Assembly (NCBI GenBank): GCA_017464525.1
Contig: JAFTZM010000034.1
Coordinates: forward strand, 17,817 to 81,816
Direction: 5' to 3'
DNA length: 64,000 nucleotides
Source of the DNA: Clostridia bacterium
GTDB taxonomy: Bacteria > Bacillota > Clostridia > Oscillospirales > QAKW01
Position 1 is the first letter of the stretch. Every line of letters begins with the position of its first letter. Below, piece after piece: positions 56,729 through 64,000 of this stretch. The notes beneath the pieces were generated by a model. The model worked only from the letters and a program-made list of their open reading frames with translations. It was not told where the DNA came from and did not search any database. A program made the translations under genes and the position numbers.

Positions 56729-57415
56729 TTATTTTTGGCCATAATAGGCGTTGGCTCCGTGTTTGCGAAGATAATGCTTATCCAAAAGATAATTTTTCAC
56801 CGGGGTGATGGACGGGTTGAGCTGCATGGTATAGAGGGCCATTTTGGCGGTCTCCTCCAGCACAGCGATATTCTCCACCGCCTTAGCGGGAGTCTTGCCC
56901 CAAGCGAAGGGGCCGTGGCAGGCGGCCAGCACAGCGGGGATGCTTTCATAGATCTCTTTGACGGTTTCTACGATCACACCGCCGGTACTCTTTTCATAAT
57001 CGCCGCCCACTTCCTCGGCGGTCAGCGGGCGGGTACAAGGCACGGGGCCGCAGAAGGCATCCGCATGAGTAGTGCCCAAAGCAGGAACCGCCATTTTTGC
57101 CTGCGCAAAGGAGGTGGCGAAGGTAGAATGGGTATGCACCACCCCGCCGATATCGGCAAACTGCTTATACAATACCAGATGGGTCTTGAGGTCGGAGGAG
57201 GGGTTGAGATCTCCTTCCACCACCTTGCCCTCCAGATCCACCAGGACGATCTTATCAGGGGTCAGTTCTTCATAGGGCACCCCGGAGGGCTTGATGGCCA
57301 CAATGCCGCTCTCCCGGTCGATGCCGGAAACATTTCCCCAAGTGAAGGTGACCAGCTTCAGCGCGGGGAGCATCAAATTCGCTTCGCAGACTTCTTTTTT
57401 TAAGGCTTCTAACAT
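56729..57415 (-). CDS. araD: L-ribulose-5-phosphate 4-epimerase (class II aldolase fold)
   Basis: 228 aa, collinear with E. coli AraD (LVTFTWGNVSGIDRE...IKPSGV...GGVVHTHS...LDKHYLRKHGANAYYGQ). Confidence 0.9.
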   Translation of the reverse strand: MLEALKKEVCEANLMLPALKLVTFTWGNVSGIDRESGIVAIKPSGVPYEELTPDKIVLVDLEGKVVEGDLNPSSDLKTHLVLYKQFADIGGVVHTHSTFATSFAQAKMAVPALGTTHADAFCGPVPCTRPLTAEEVGGDYEKSTGGVIVETVKEIYESIPAVLAACHGPFAWGKTPAKAVENIAVLEETAKMALYTMQLNPSITPVKNYLLDKHYLRKHGANAYYGQK

Positions 57416-57484
57416 ATGAATGATCCTTTCGAGTTGATAAAATCAGTATATCATAAAAAAAACCTTTAGGCAACTGCTATCCGT

Positions 57485-57513
57485 TTGACTTTGCACTATT
57501 TTTCGTATATAAT
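57485..57513 (+). promoter_or_regulatory. Sigma-70-type promoter of the 2-hydroxyacid dehydrogenase gene
   Basis: TTGACT, 17-nt spacer, TATAAT. Confidence 0.65.
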
Positions 57514-57518
57514 TCGAG

Positions 57519-57579
57519 TTAGCCAAAGCATCGAAAAACCGCCCTTTCAGGCCGATTCAAGTTTCAATGCTTTGGCTAA
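57519..57579 (+). promoter_or_regulatory. Structured 5' UTR: 13-bp perfect stem closing a 35-nt loop, abutting the RBS
   Basis: TTAGCCAAAGCAT (57519-57531) pairs perfectly with ATGCTTTGGCTAA (57567-57579). AGGAG RBS at 57580-57584. Confidence 0.5.
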
Positions 57580-57591
57580 AGGAGAACTGCT

Positions 57592-58536
57592 ATGAAGATC
57601 GTGATTTTAGACAAAGCCACTTTAGGAGAGGATTTAGACCTCTCCCCCATCACCGCCTTGGGAGAGGCGGCGGTTTACGAAACCTCGCTGCCGGAGGAGA
57701 TCGCCGGGCGGGTACGGGATGCTGAGGTAGTGGTAGTAAATAAATTAAAGCTGAACGAAAGCAACCTGAAGGGGAGCAAAGTCAGGCTCATCTGCGTGGC
57801 GGCGACAGGCTATGATCCCATCGACACGGACTACTGCCAAAAGGCGGGGATCGCCCTTTGCAACGTGCCGGGCTACTCCTCCCACAGCGTGGCGCAGCTG
57901 ACGGTAGCCATAGCACTTTCTTTAGTGAGCCATCTGGCAGAATATCAGGAATTTACCCGTTCCGGGGAATATACCCGCAAGGGCATCGCCAACTGGCTGC
58001 AGCCGGTCTACCATGAGGTGGCAGGCATGAAATGGGGCGTGGTCGGCGGGGGAGCCATCGGCACCCGGGTGGCGGAGATTGCCGCCGCCATGGGCTGCCG
58101 GGTAGCAGTCTGCCGCCGCAGGCAGGAGGGGGCCTTCCCCATTGAGGACATCGACACCATCTGCCAAACCAGCGATATTATTTCGCTGCACATTCCGCTG
58201 ACAGAAGAGACCCGGAATCTGATCAGCAGAGAGCGCATCGCCGCCATGAAGCCGGGCGCCATTCTCATCAACACCGCCCGGGGCGGGGTCACCGACGAAG
58301 CGGCGCTGGCCGATGCGCTGGAACGTGGGCATTTAGGAGGCTTGGGCATCGATGTTTTTACCGCCGAGCCCTTCGGCGAAGATCATCCCTTTTACGCCAT
58401 CCGGCATCTGCCAAACTTGTTGCTGACCCCTCATATGGCGTGGGGCTCTGCTGAATCCCGCGCCCGGTGCGTGGCGGTGATGGCCCAAAATATCACCTGC
58501 TTTTTTGAAGGGCACCCCCAAAACCGGATCGTATAA
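57592..58536 (+). CDS. D-isomer-specific 2-hydroxyacid dehydrogenase (glycerate/hydroxypyruvate-reductase-like)
   Basis: 314 aa with NAD motif GVVGGGAIGTRVA and the catalytic ...ARGGV...LLTPHMAW pattern. Confidence 0.9.
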   Translation: MKIVILDKATLGEDLDLSPITALGEAAVYETSLPEEIAGRVRDAEVVVVNKLKLNESNLKGSKVRLICVAATGYDPIDTDYCQKAGIALCNVPGYSSHSVAQLTVAIALSLVSHLAEYQEFTRSGEYTRKGIANWLQPVYHEVAGMKWGVVGGGAIGTRVAEIAAAMGCRVAVCRRRQEGAFPIEDIDTICQTSDIISLHIPLTEETRNLISRERIAAMKPGAILINTARGGVTDEAALADALERGHLGGLGIDVFTAEPFGEDHPFYAIRHLPNLLLTPHMAWGSAESRARCVAVMAQNITCFFEGHPQNRIV

Positions 58537-58571
58537 AAAAGCGCTGAAAGCCAAGGCTTTCAGCGCTTTTC
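58535..58571. terminator. Bidirectional terminator
   Basis: AAAAAA-GCGCTGAAAGCC-AA-GGCTTTCAGCGC-TTTT (12-bp stem). Confidence 0.88.
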
Positions 58572-58572
58572 A

Positions 58573-59580
58573 TTATTGATAGATCTCATCGCAGAGCTTC
58601 TGGATCCTCACCGCCCGCTCGGCGTTGGTATAGTCGGGGGTGCCGCCCAGCAGCTTATTGAAGGCTTTGAACTGCTTGGTATACATATTGCCGCCCTTGC
58701 CGTAGTAGGTCTTTGCCATGCCTTCGGCATGATCCTGCGCGGCGTCGTAGCCGCCCTGGGGGGCATAGATATACTTCAGCTTGCCGGCCTCCACCTGAGA
58801 AAGGGTATTTTCTGCATAGATGCACCCATCGGTGCCGTACAGCTCCAGCTTAGCGATGGAGCAGGCATCGGGGATATTGAAGTTCACATCGATATGCCCC
58901 AAAACACCGCTTTCGGAACGGAAGGCGATAACGGCGCTGTCCTCCACCTCATAGTTGAAGGTCTTGGTGGCGTAAAAGCTCTTGATCTCGGCGATCTCCT
59001 CCCCGGTGATGGAGGTAAAAAGCTCCATACAGTGAACGGCCAGGTCCATGATGCATCCACCGCCGCCCATGGCTTTTTTCTGCCGCCAGGCGCCGGGGAT
59101 CTCGGGATACCAGCAGGAGAATTGCATTCGGGCCAGGTTCAGCTTACCGAGCCCCCCGCTCTGCACCAGCTCCCGGGCCTTAACATGAAGATTATGATAG
59201 CCCATCATATAGCCGATGGTCAGCTGCAGCCCCTTCTCCTTGAAGGCCGCCACCAGCTTTTCCCCTTCTTCGGAACCCAGCGTAATGGGCTTTTCCATAA
59301 AAACGTTGACGCCGTATTTCAGCGCCAGCATGGCCTGCTCATAGTGGCAAAAAACGGGAGTGGCGATATAGACCGCATCACATTTTTCGGTCTTCAGCAT
59401 TTCTTCGGCATCGGAATAAAAGGCGGGAACATTGTATTTTTTTGCCACCCGCTCCGCTTCTTCCGGACGCATATCCATTACGGCGACCAGCTCATTCCGG
59501 GGATCCAGTAACAGGCCGGGGATGGCACGGCGGTCTGCGATACCGCCGGCGCCGATGACGCTCCATTTGATCTTTTTCAT
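58573..59580 (-). CDS. Gfo/Idh/MocA-family oxidoreductase
   Basis: KIKWSVIGAGGIADRR Rossmann N-terminus and EKPI motif. 335 aa. The start overlaps the upstream stop. Confidence 0.9.
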   Translation of the reverse strand: MKKIKWSVIGAGGIADRRAIPGLLLDPRNELVAVMDMRPEEAERVAKKYNVPAFYSDAEEMLKTEKCDAVYIATPVFCHYEQAMLALKYGVNVFMEKPITLGSEEGEKLVAAFKEKGLQLTIGYMMGYHNLHVKARELVQSGGLGKLNLARMQFSCWYPEIPGAWRQKKAMGGGGCIMDLAVHCMELFTSITGEEIAEIKSFYATKTFNYEVEDSAVIAFRSESGVLGHIDVNFNIPDACSIAKLELYGTDGCIYAENTLSQVEAGKLKYIYAPQGGYDAAQDHAEGMAKTYYGKGGNMYTKQFKAFNKLLGGTPDYTNAERAVRIQKLCDEIYQ

Positions 59581-60527
59581 CAGTTACACTCCGCCTCCAA
59601 GGGACCGGCCAGTTCTTTCAGGAAGAAGAGGCGGCCGGGCAGGGTGGGGATGTAGGAAGAGGTGATCCAGGGAGTGGTGCCGTGGCGGAGAGTCATCCAG
59701 AGGGAAAGCCCCTGCCATTGCATTCCACGGCCCAAGGTACCGTCGGCACCGCCGATGGCGTAGTCTGCCTGCAAAAAGAGGCCGGGGCCGATGGTATTGG
59801 CACGGCAAGGAACCAAAGGTGTACGGGACTTAAAGCTGGTCAAAGCGTTCTGCTCCACGGTAAGGGGGTGGATCTTAGCGCCGATACGGTAGGGGGCCTT
59901 TGCCCATTCTTCGGCGGTGGCATAGTCAGCCGCAAAGGTAGGCTCCCAGAAGGCAATATGACACATTCTGCCGATGCCGTAGACCAGCACCAGTTTGGCG
60001 CCCTCGGCCTTCAGGGCGGCGATCTTTTCGGGGTAGGTGGGCAGATTATCCTTGGTGGCGAAGTTCCGCTGATCGGCGGGAACAGTCAGCTCACCCAAAG
60101 GATTGAAGAGAGCCTGCTCCATAGCGTACTGGAAAGCACCGGGGTTATCGGGCGCAAGGGTGTTCCCCTCGCCATCAGCCCACTCGTCCATATTGAAGGT
60201 GTAAACGTGCTTGCAGGAGACCTTCCACTCTTTCAGGAAGTAGACCACCCACTTATACATTCCCATAGGGCCCACAGGCAGAATGAAGGCGATCTTTTCG
60301 CCCCGCTCCCCTGCCAGTTTGATCTGCATAGCGATCTCATGACCCATATAGGTCTCAAATTCACCCAGAGAATCACACTTCACAGGAGTGAAACCCTCGT
60401 TCCAGAAATCCTGACGGTCACAGACCGTCTCGGGTGCGCCAATGCAGGCGTCGATCTTTTCAAAATCCCAACCGGCGGGATAAAAGCCCTCCAGGGCAGA
60501 ACCTTTGACAGTAGAATTAAAATCCAT
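59580..60527 (-). CDS. NagB/6-phosphogluconolactonase-superfamily deaminase/isomerase-like protein
   Basis: 315 aa. FILPVGPMG...[12 protein letters not shown] resembles the NagB ...FNMDEY motif but has an extra N-terminal ~60 aa. Confidence 0.75.
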   Translation of the reverse strand: MDFNSTVKGSALEGFYPAGWDFEKIDACIGAPETVCDRQDFWNEGFTPVKCDSLGEFETYMGHEIAMQIKLAGERGEKIAFILPVGPMGMYKWVVYFLKEWKVSCKHVYTFNMDEWADGEGNTLAPDNPGAFQYAMEQALFNPLGELTVPADQRNFATKDNLPTYPEKIAALKAEGAKLVLVYGIGRMCHIAFWEPTFAADYATAEEWAKAPYRIGAKIHPLTVEQNALTSFKSRTPLVPCRANTIGPGLFLQADYAIGGADGTLGRGMQWQGLSLWMTLRHGTTPWITSSYIPTLPGRLFFLKELAGPLEAECN

Positions 60528-60540
60528 TTTTCTTACTCCT

Positions 60541-61248
60541 TTACGGTAAATATCTTTTAGTAGTACCCTTTAAGTAAACCTGACACTGGCGGAAGCCTTC
60601 GGCATAGTCGGCCCCACACTGAAAGCCGCGATAGCGGCAGCAGGTCTTGACCATATCGGGAAAATCGATATGATCGTGGTCCCGCATCCACACGATCTGG
60701 GATTCATGGCACTCCAGCATTTCTAACTTTTTATCGATATAGGGGGTCACATCCACATACTCGGTGGGGTTGAAATTCACCCCTGCCAGGGTATCCATAT
60801 AGTAGACCGGCACCATCCGGGCTCTGCCCTCTACTCCAACATGATAGTTGGGCAGGGTGGCGGTAAAGCAGGCATCAAAGACCAGCTTGGAAGTGGCGGT
60901 GTGGTCGGGCATATAGTCGTTGGGATCGTGGGTGATGATAAAATCGGGATCCACCTTCTTGATGACCTCCACCACTTTATCTCTGGATTCCTTGTTATTA
61001 TCGTAGATCTCCAGGTCGTGGAAGCCGCCCCACATGACCTCAAAGCCCCCCAGAGCGCCGCTCCGCTGAGCCTCCCCCGCCCGCATGACCGAAAGCTCAT
61101 CGGGGGGAATGATCTCATGCCCCAGATTGCCGCTGGAAAGATGGCAGACCACCACCCGGTCGCCCCGCTCTTTGCATTTTAAGAGGGTGCCGGCGCAGGC
61201 GATCTCCATATCATCGGGATGGCAGGAAATAACCAAAACTGTATACAT
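60541..61248 (-). CDS. PIG-L/LmbE-family N-acetyl-sugar deacetylase
   Basis: [18 protein letters not shown] (AHPDD-type zinc motif) and ...[12 protein letters not shown] at 61248 is 8 nt after GGAGG. Confidence 0.88.
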   Translation of the reverse strand: MYTVLVISCHPDDMEIACAGTLLKCKERGDRVVVCHLSSGNLGHEIIPPDELSVMRAGEAQRSGALGGFEVMWGGFHDLEIYDNNKESRDKVVEVIKKVDPDFIITHDPNDYMPDHTATSKLVFDACFTATLPNYHVGVEGRARMVPVYYMDTLAGVNFNPTEYVDVTPYIDKKLEMLECHESQIVWMRDHDHIDFPDMVKTCCRYRGFQCGADYAEGFRQCQVYLKGTTKRYLP

Positions 61249-61288
61249 ACGCAAAACCTCCTTTGAATTAATATTAACTTAAATGCCC

Positions 61289-61317
61289 TTGCAATGGAAG
61301 ATAAAATAGGGTATAAT
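61289..61317 (+). promoter_or_regulatory. Sigma-70-type promoter of the AraC gene
   Basis: TTGCAA, 17-nt spacer, TATAAT. Confidence 0.6.
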
Positions 61318-61346
61318 AATTATAAAATCAGCCACAGAGGTTCAAT

Positions 61347-62222
61347 ATGGAAGATAATTTTGTAAAGTTGAAATTTGATCATGTACTGCGGGTGGAAAAG
61401 ATCATCACCGTCTTTTATATGGAATTCTCCAAGGATTTTCAATACGACGGTGAGCGGCACGATTTCTGGGAGATGGTCTACATCGATAACGGAGAGATGG
61501 TCTGCACCGCCGATACCAACCAATTCACTCTCAAAAGCGGGGAACTGACCTTTCATAAGCCCAATGAATTCCATAATCTTTCCGGCAACCGGGATGTGGC
61601 GCCCAACGTAAGTATTCTGACCTTTGAATGTAAAAGCCGTGCCATGCAGCAGCTTGCCGGCAAGATCTTCCGGCTCAACGGCGAGGAGAAGAACCTCATC
61701 TCCATGCTTTTTGAAGAAGCCCTCTCCTGCTACCGCCTGGAAGACGAAAACGATCCTCTGCTCCAAAAATTGATCCGTTTGGAGGACGCCCCCTTCGGCG
61801 CCAGCCAGATGACGAAAAATCTTTTAGAGATCTTCTTGATCAAATTGCAGCGAAACAAGGAGACAGTCACCAAGCAGAGCCGTTTCCAGGGTCTGGCGGT
61901 CCCCTATGAGGTGGAGGAGATCATCGACTATCTCCATCAAAACCTCTATGGGCGGGTCACCATTGCCGATGTGGCGGCGGCGTTGGGCAAAAGCCCCAGC
62001 ACGGTCAAAAAGCAGTTTTCCCTCCATATGCCCACCGGCATTATCGACTATTATAACAGCCTGAAGATCAAAGAGGCAAAAAAGCTGATCCGGGAAGGAA
62101 AATACAACTTCACCCAGATCGCCGATCTGCTGGGCTTCGATACCCCCCAGTATTTCTCCAAATGCTTCAAGGACCGCACTCACCGTACCCCCGGAGAATA
62201 TAAAAGATCGATCATTAAATAA
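61347..62222 (+). CDS. AraC/XylS-family transcriptional regulator
   Basis: 291 aa with C-terminal ...GFDTPQYFSKCFKDRTHRTPGEYKR. Confidence 0.9.
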   Translation: MEDNFVKLKFDHVLRVEKIITVFYMEFSKDFQYDGERHDFWEMVYIDNGEMVCTADTNQFTLKSGELTFHKPNEFHNLSGNRDVAPNVSILTFECKSRAMQQLAGKIFRLNGEEKNLISMLFEEALSCYRLEDENDPLLQKLIRLEDAPFGASQMTKNLLEIFLIKLQRNKETVTKQSRFQGLAVPYEVEEIIDYLHQNLYGRVTIADVAAALGKSPSTVKKQFSLHMPTGIIDYYNSLKIKEAKKLIREGKYNFTQIADLLGFDTPQYFSKCFKDRTHRTPGEYKRSIIK

Positions 62223-62277
62223 CGCCCTGATTTATACAAATACAGCCGCAAGTGACGCTTGCAGCTTTGATGTTGTT

Positions 62278-62748
62278 TTGGAATATGCCGTTTTAAGTTT
62301 TTACTCCAACAGACCTATAAACGGTAGATTGGACAGAAAGCCTCATATTGTTTTTACGGTGGCCGAGCGAGAGTATGTTGGCACAGATGGCAGGGCGGGC
62401 TATGACGAGATTATCAAAAATGCCATAAAAGATGGCAGAGTGTTGAACTATAATGTCAAAAAAAGAGATGACCTGTCAGTGATCGCCGAATCAGCAGGAC
62501 TCGGTAATATAACGAAATCATCTCTCGAAAATAATCTATCACGCTTCAAGAAGGAAGTCAAGAGTTTTCGTGAAAAAAACAAGATTTCCTACCAAGATCT
62601 TCACGGCGAAGAAAAACTTGAAAAGGCTTTGGTATCTGCTTCTGAAATGCTTGGTGAGAAGGGCGTTGCAATCTCTGACCTTGAACTGCGTATGTTGGTC
62701 GAGGCGGCCTTGGCAGAGTTCAATGACGCTTTTAGCAAGACCGAATAA
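62278..62748 (+). pseudogene. Probable 3' remnant of a truncated gene (no ATG/GTG start, no RBS), foreign codon usage
   Basis: The frame opens right after a compositional break at about 62230. The only possible start is TTG, and the first in-frame ATG is about 120 codons in. Uses AGA and ATA codons. Followed by a terminator. Confidence 0.45.
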
Positions 62749-62750
62749 AC

Positions 62751-62778
62751 AAAAGGGCATCGTTGAGATGCCCTTTTG
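62751..62778 (+). terminator. Terminator after the ORF remnant
   Basis: AAGGGCATC-GTTGA-GATGCCCTT followed by TTTT. Confidence 0.7.
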
Positions 62779-62801
62779 TGGTGGTCACAGTGGTGGTCAT
62801 A
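62778..62801. repeat. Tandem 12-nt doublet
   Basis: GTGGTGGTCACA / GTGGTGGTCATA. Confidence 0.85.
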
Positions 62802-63032
62802 GAAAAGAATTTCTCTGTTTTTTAGAAAATTCGAGAAAATAGAAAAATCCCGCAAAGCCTTGTGTCATCTTGCTTTGCGAGATTTTTACTGGTGGAGATA
62901 AGCGGAATAAAAGGTACCGTTTCGCCGTCTTTTCGGAAGTTTTCGCAATCTTCAAAAAACGGCTTGATACCTGCATTTTTCGTATAATCGACATTTCTCA
63001 TGTTCGTTTGATTTTCTCTTGTTTTTCGTAAA

Positions 63033-63054
63033 AGCGTGTACGGAGCGTGTACGG
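63033..63054. repeat. Tandem 11-nt doublet
   Basis: AGCGTGTACGG x2, perfect. A third partial copy AGCGTGTA lies at 63099-63106. Confidence 0.9.
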
Positions 63055-63121
63055 AAAAAGAAAAGTATCGCTATATTTCCCAAGATCGGAGCGATCAAAA
63101 GCGTGTATATTTTAGAGAATT

Positions 63122-63143
63122 CTCTTTGTTCGCTCTTTGTTCG
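63122..63143. repeat. Tandem 11-nt doublet
   Basis: CTCTTTGTTCG x2, perfect. Confidence 0.9.
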
Positions 63144-63163
63144 TTGAAAGATTTTACATTTCT

Positions 63164-63185
63164 CGCGGCTTCCCCGCGGCTTCGT
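63164..63185. repeat. Tandem 11-nt doublet
   Basis: CGCGGCTTCCC / CGCGGCTTCGT (9/11). Confidence 0.8.
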
Positions 63186-63190
63186 TTTTT

Positions 63191-63212
63191 TCGGAGTTCA
63201 CTCGGAGTTCAA
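63191..63212. repeat. Tandem 11-nt doublet
   Basis: TCGGAGTTCAC / TCGGAGTTCAA (10/11). Confidence 0.88.
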
Positions 63213-63241
63213 TGAAAATGCCACCCCGGAAAGGGTGGCAC
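63211..63241 (-). terminator. Terminator of the minus-strand small-gene cluster
   Basis: TGCCACCC-CGGAAA-GGGTGGCA, followed by TTTTC on the minus strand. Confidence 0.7.
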
Positions 63242-63248
63242 TCTAATA

Positions 63249-63509
63249 TCAATCATCTGCGGTGATCTGATCGCCGTATAGGGATGCTCCGATCAGGATC
63301 ACATCTGCCGCAGTCCATAACAGCCGCTTGCCGATTAGTAGGGCTCCGAACTCTGCGCCGCCCCATATTCCGACAACGGCAACGAAACCAATCACCACGG
63401 TGAGCCGACAAAGCAAGTTGACGATCCGGCACAGCTTGTCCCGCTCAACTACCGGGAGATCGGTCTGCTTCAATGGGTATATCTTGGTGACAGTATAACC
63501 GAGCTTCAT
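63249..63509 (-). CDS. Hypothetical small membrane protein (86 aa, two TM helices)
   Basis: Hydrophobic stretches LLCRLTVVIGFVAVVGIWGGAEFGALLIG and LLWTAADVILIGASLY. No recognisable family. Confidence 0.55.
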   Translation of the reverse strand: MKLGYTVTKIYPLKQTDLPVVERDKLCRIVNLLCRLTVVIGFVAVVGIWGGAEFGALLIGKRLLWTAADVILIGASLYGDQITADD

Positions 63510-63557
63510 GCAGAACCCTCCTTTTGACCTCTGCTGTATTCAGCGGTTGCGGTTCCA

Positions 63558-63875
63558 TTATTTCGCCACCGCCTTTGGATTCCACCGCTCTGATTGTATG
63601 GCACTGATCGCCTTATCGATGGTGAAAAAATTATTTTCCAATGCTTCCACTCCTACATAGATCATGGAAAGGTGATCATCAAGGCGTGTGACAAAATTCA
63701 AAGCCCTAATAGACCGCTCCTTAAATGTCAAACCATCGTCAGCATCATTGCCTTCGTTCTCTGCGAAGTCTACAAAGCAACGGAGCAATTTCGCCACCTG
63801 CTCGATGCTTGCCAAAGCGTTCTCCAGGCTGATTATGTACTGGGGCTCTTTGCCCTGCTCGTTCTGAATATTCAT
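63558..63875 (-). CDS. Hypothetical protein (105 aa)
   Basis: ORF with GGAG-like sequence upstream (AAAGGAGATATAAGACC-ATG). No recognisable domain. Confidence 0.55.
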   Translation of the reverse strand: MNIQNEQGKEPQYIISLENALASIEQVAKLLRCFVDFAENEGNDADDGLTFKERSIRALNFVTRLDDHLSMIYVGVEALENNFFTIDKAISAIQSERWNPKAVAK

Positions 63876-63892
63876 GGTCTTATATCTCCTTT

Positions 63893-64000
63893 TTATTTTT
63901 CTTGATATGCGTTACGAATGTCTGCCATTTCTTCCGAAACTTCAGCCATATTTTCGCACGTGCTCCAAAATTCACCGTCCACATAGACGATATAACAGCC
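63893..64000 (-). CDS. Hypothetical protein, C-terminal fragment (start outside window)
   Basis: The minus frame is open from the window edge (…GCYIVYVDGEFWSTCENMAEVSEEMADIRNAYQEK) to TAA at 63893-63895. Tightly spaced with the downstream small genes. Confidence 0.45.
   Translation of the reverse strand, partial: GCYIVYVDGEFWSTCENMAEVSEEMADIRNAYQEK

Noticed and set aside
62797-62994. 65-aa minus-strand ORF in the doublet-rich tract.
   Set aside because: It has no RBS, its composition is driven by T-tracts, and it crosses a hairpin terminator. It is probably non-coding.
62778-63212. Possible CRISPR array or minisatellite.
   Set aside because: Each unit is only duplicated once, the units differ from each other, and there are no regularly spaced spacers and no cas genes. 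This is not a CRISPR architecture. It is kept as a finding of another kind.
62223-64000. Calling the right-end segment a prophage or ICE.
   Set aside because: Only compositional shift, an ORF remnant and small unknown genes are visible. There is no integrase, relaxase, T4SS, capsid or terminase gene in the window. It is therefore reported only as a possible acquired segment.

Overview
All calls below were made by eye from motifs in the supplied translations and from reading the DNA. No database search or computation was run.

The window looks like a chromosomal segment of a strictly anaerobic Firmicute of the Clostridia type. Evidence: the HydE/HydG/HydF [FeFe]-hydrogenase maturases, a glycyl-radical enzyme, an HgdC/BcrAD-type double-ATPase 'activase', GGAGG-type RBSs and stem-loop/T-run terminators.

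It holds about 60 protein genes and one tRNA-Leu(UAG). I saw no rRNA, no CRISPR array and no recognisable transposase or integrase.

Housekeeping blocks:
- coaD-rsmD-uvrC.
- A nucleoside-salvage operon, deoC-deoD-deoB::cdd-pdp-rlmA.
- proB-proA-proC-glyA-lrp-aminotransferase.
- hpf and hydEFG.

These are interleaved with at least six AraC-controlled carbohydrate modules. Together they contain two cytoplasmic GH38 mannosidases, GH35, GH116, three Gfo/Idh/MocA oxidoreductases, two xylose-isomerase-like TIM barrels, a PIG-L deacetylase, a NagB-like protein, an orphan araD and a DRE-TIM aldolase-like gene.

Items worth a second look:
- An orphan, short glycyl-radical enzyme of the GCxE class with no activase nearby.
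- A small dispersed intergenic repeat family with anticodon-arm-like hairpins. One module of it splits a decayed tRNA-Leu copy next to the intact tRNA-Leu.
- A single-gene island with foreign codon usage right after that tRNA.
- A deoB-cdd gene fusion.
- Several non-canonical sugar operons.
- A large activase/dehydratase-like pair of unknown function.
- A roughly 450-bp non-coding tract at the right end made of different 11-12-nt tandem doublets, at the edge of a compositionally foreign segment.

I could not identify one clear-cut 'new system'. The findings are ranked honestly.
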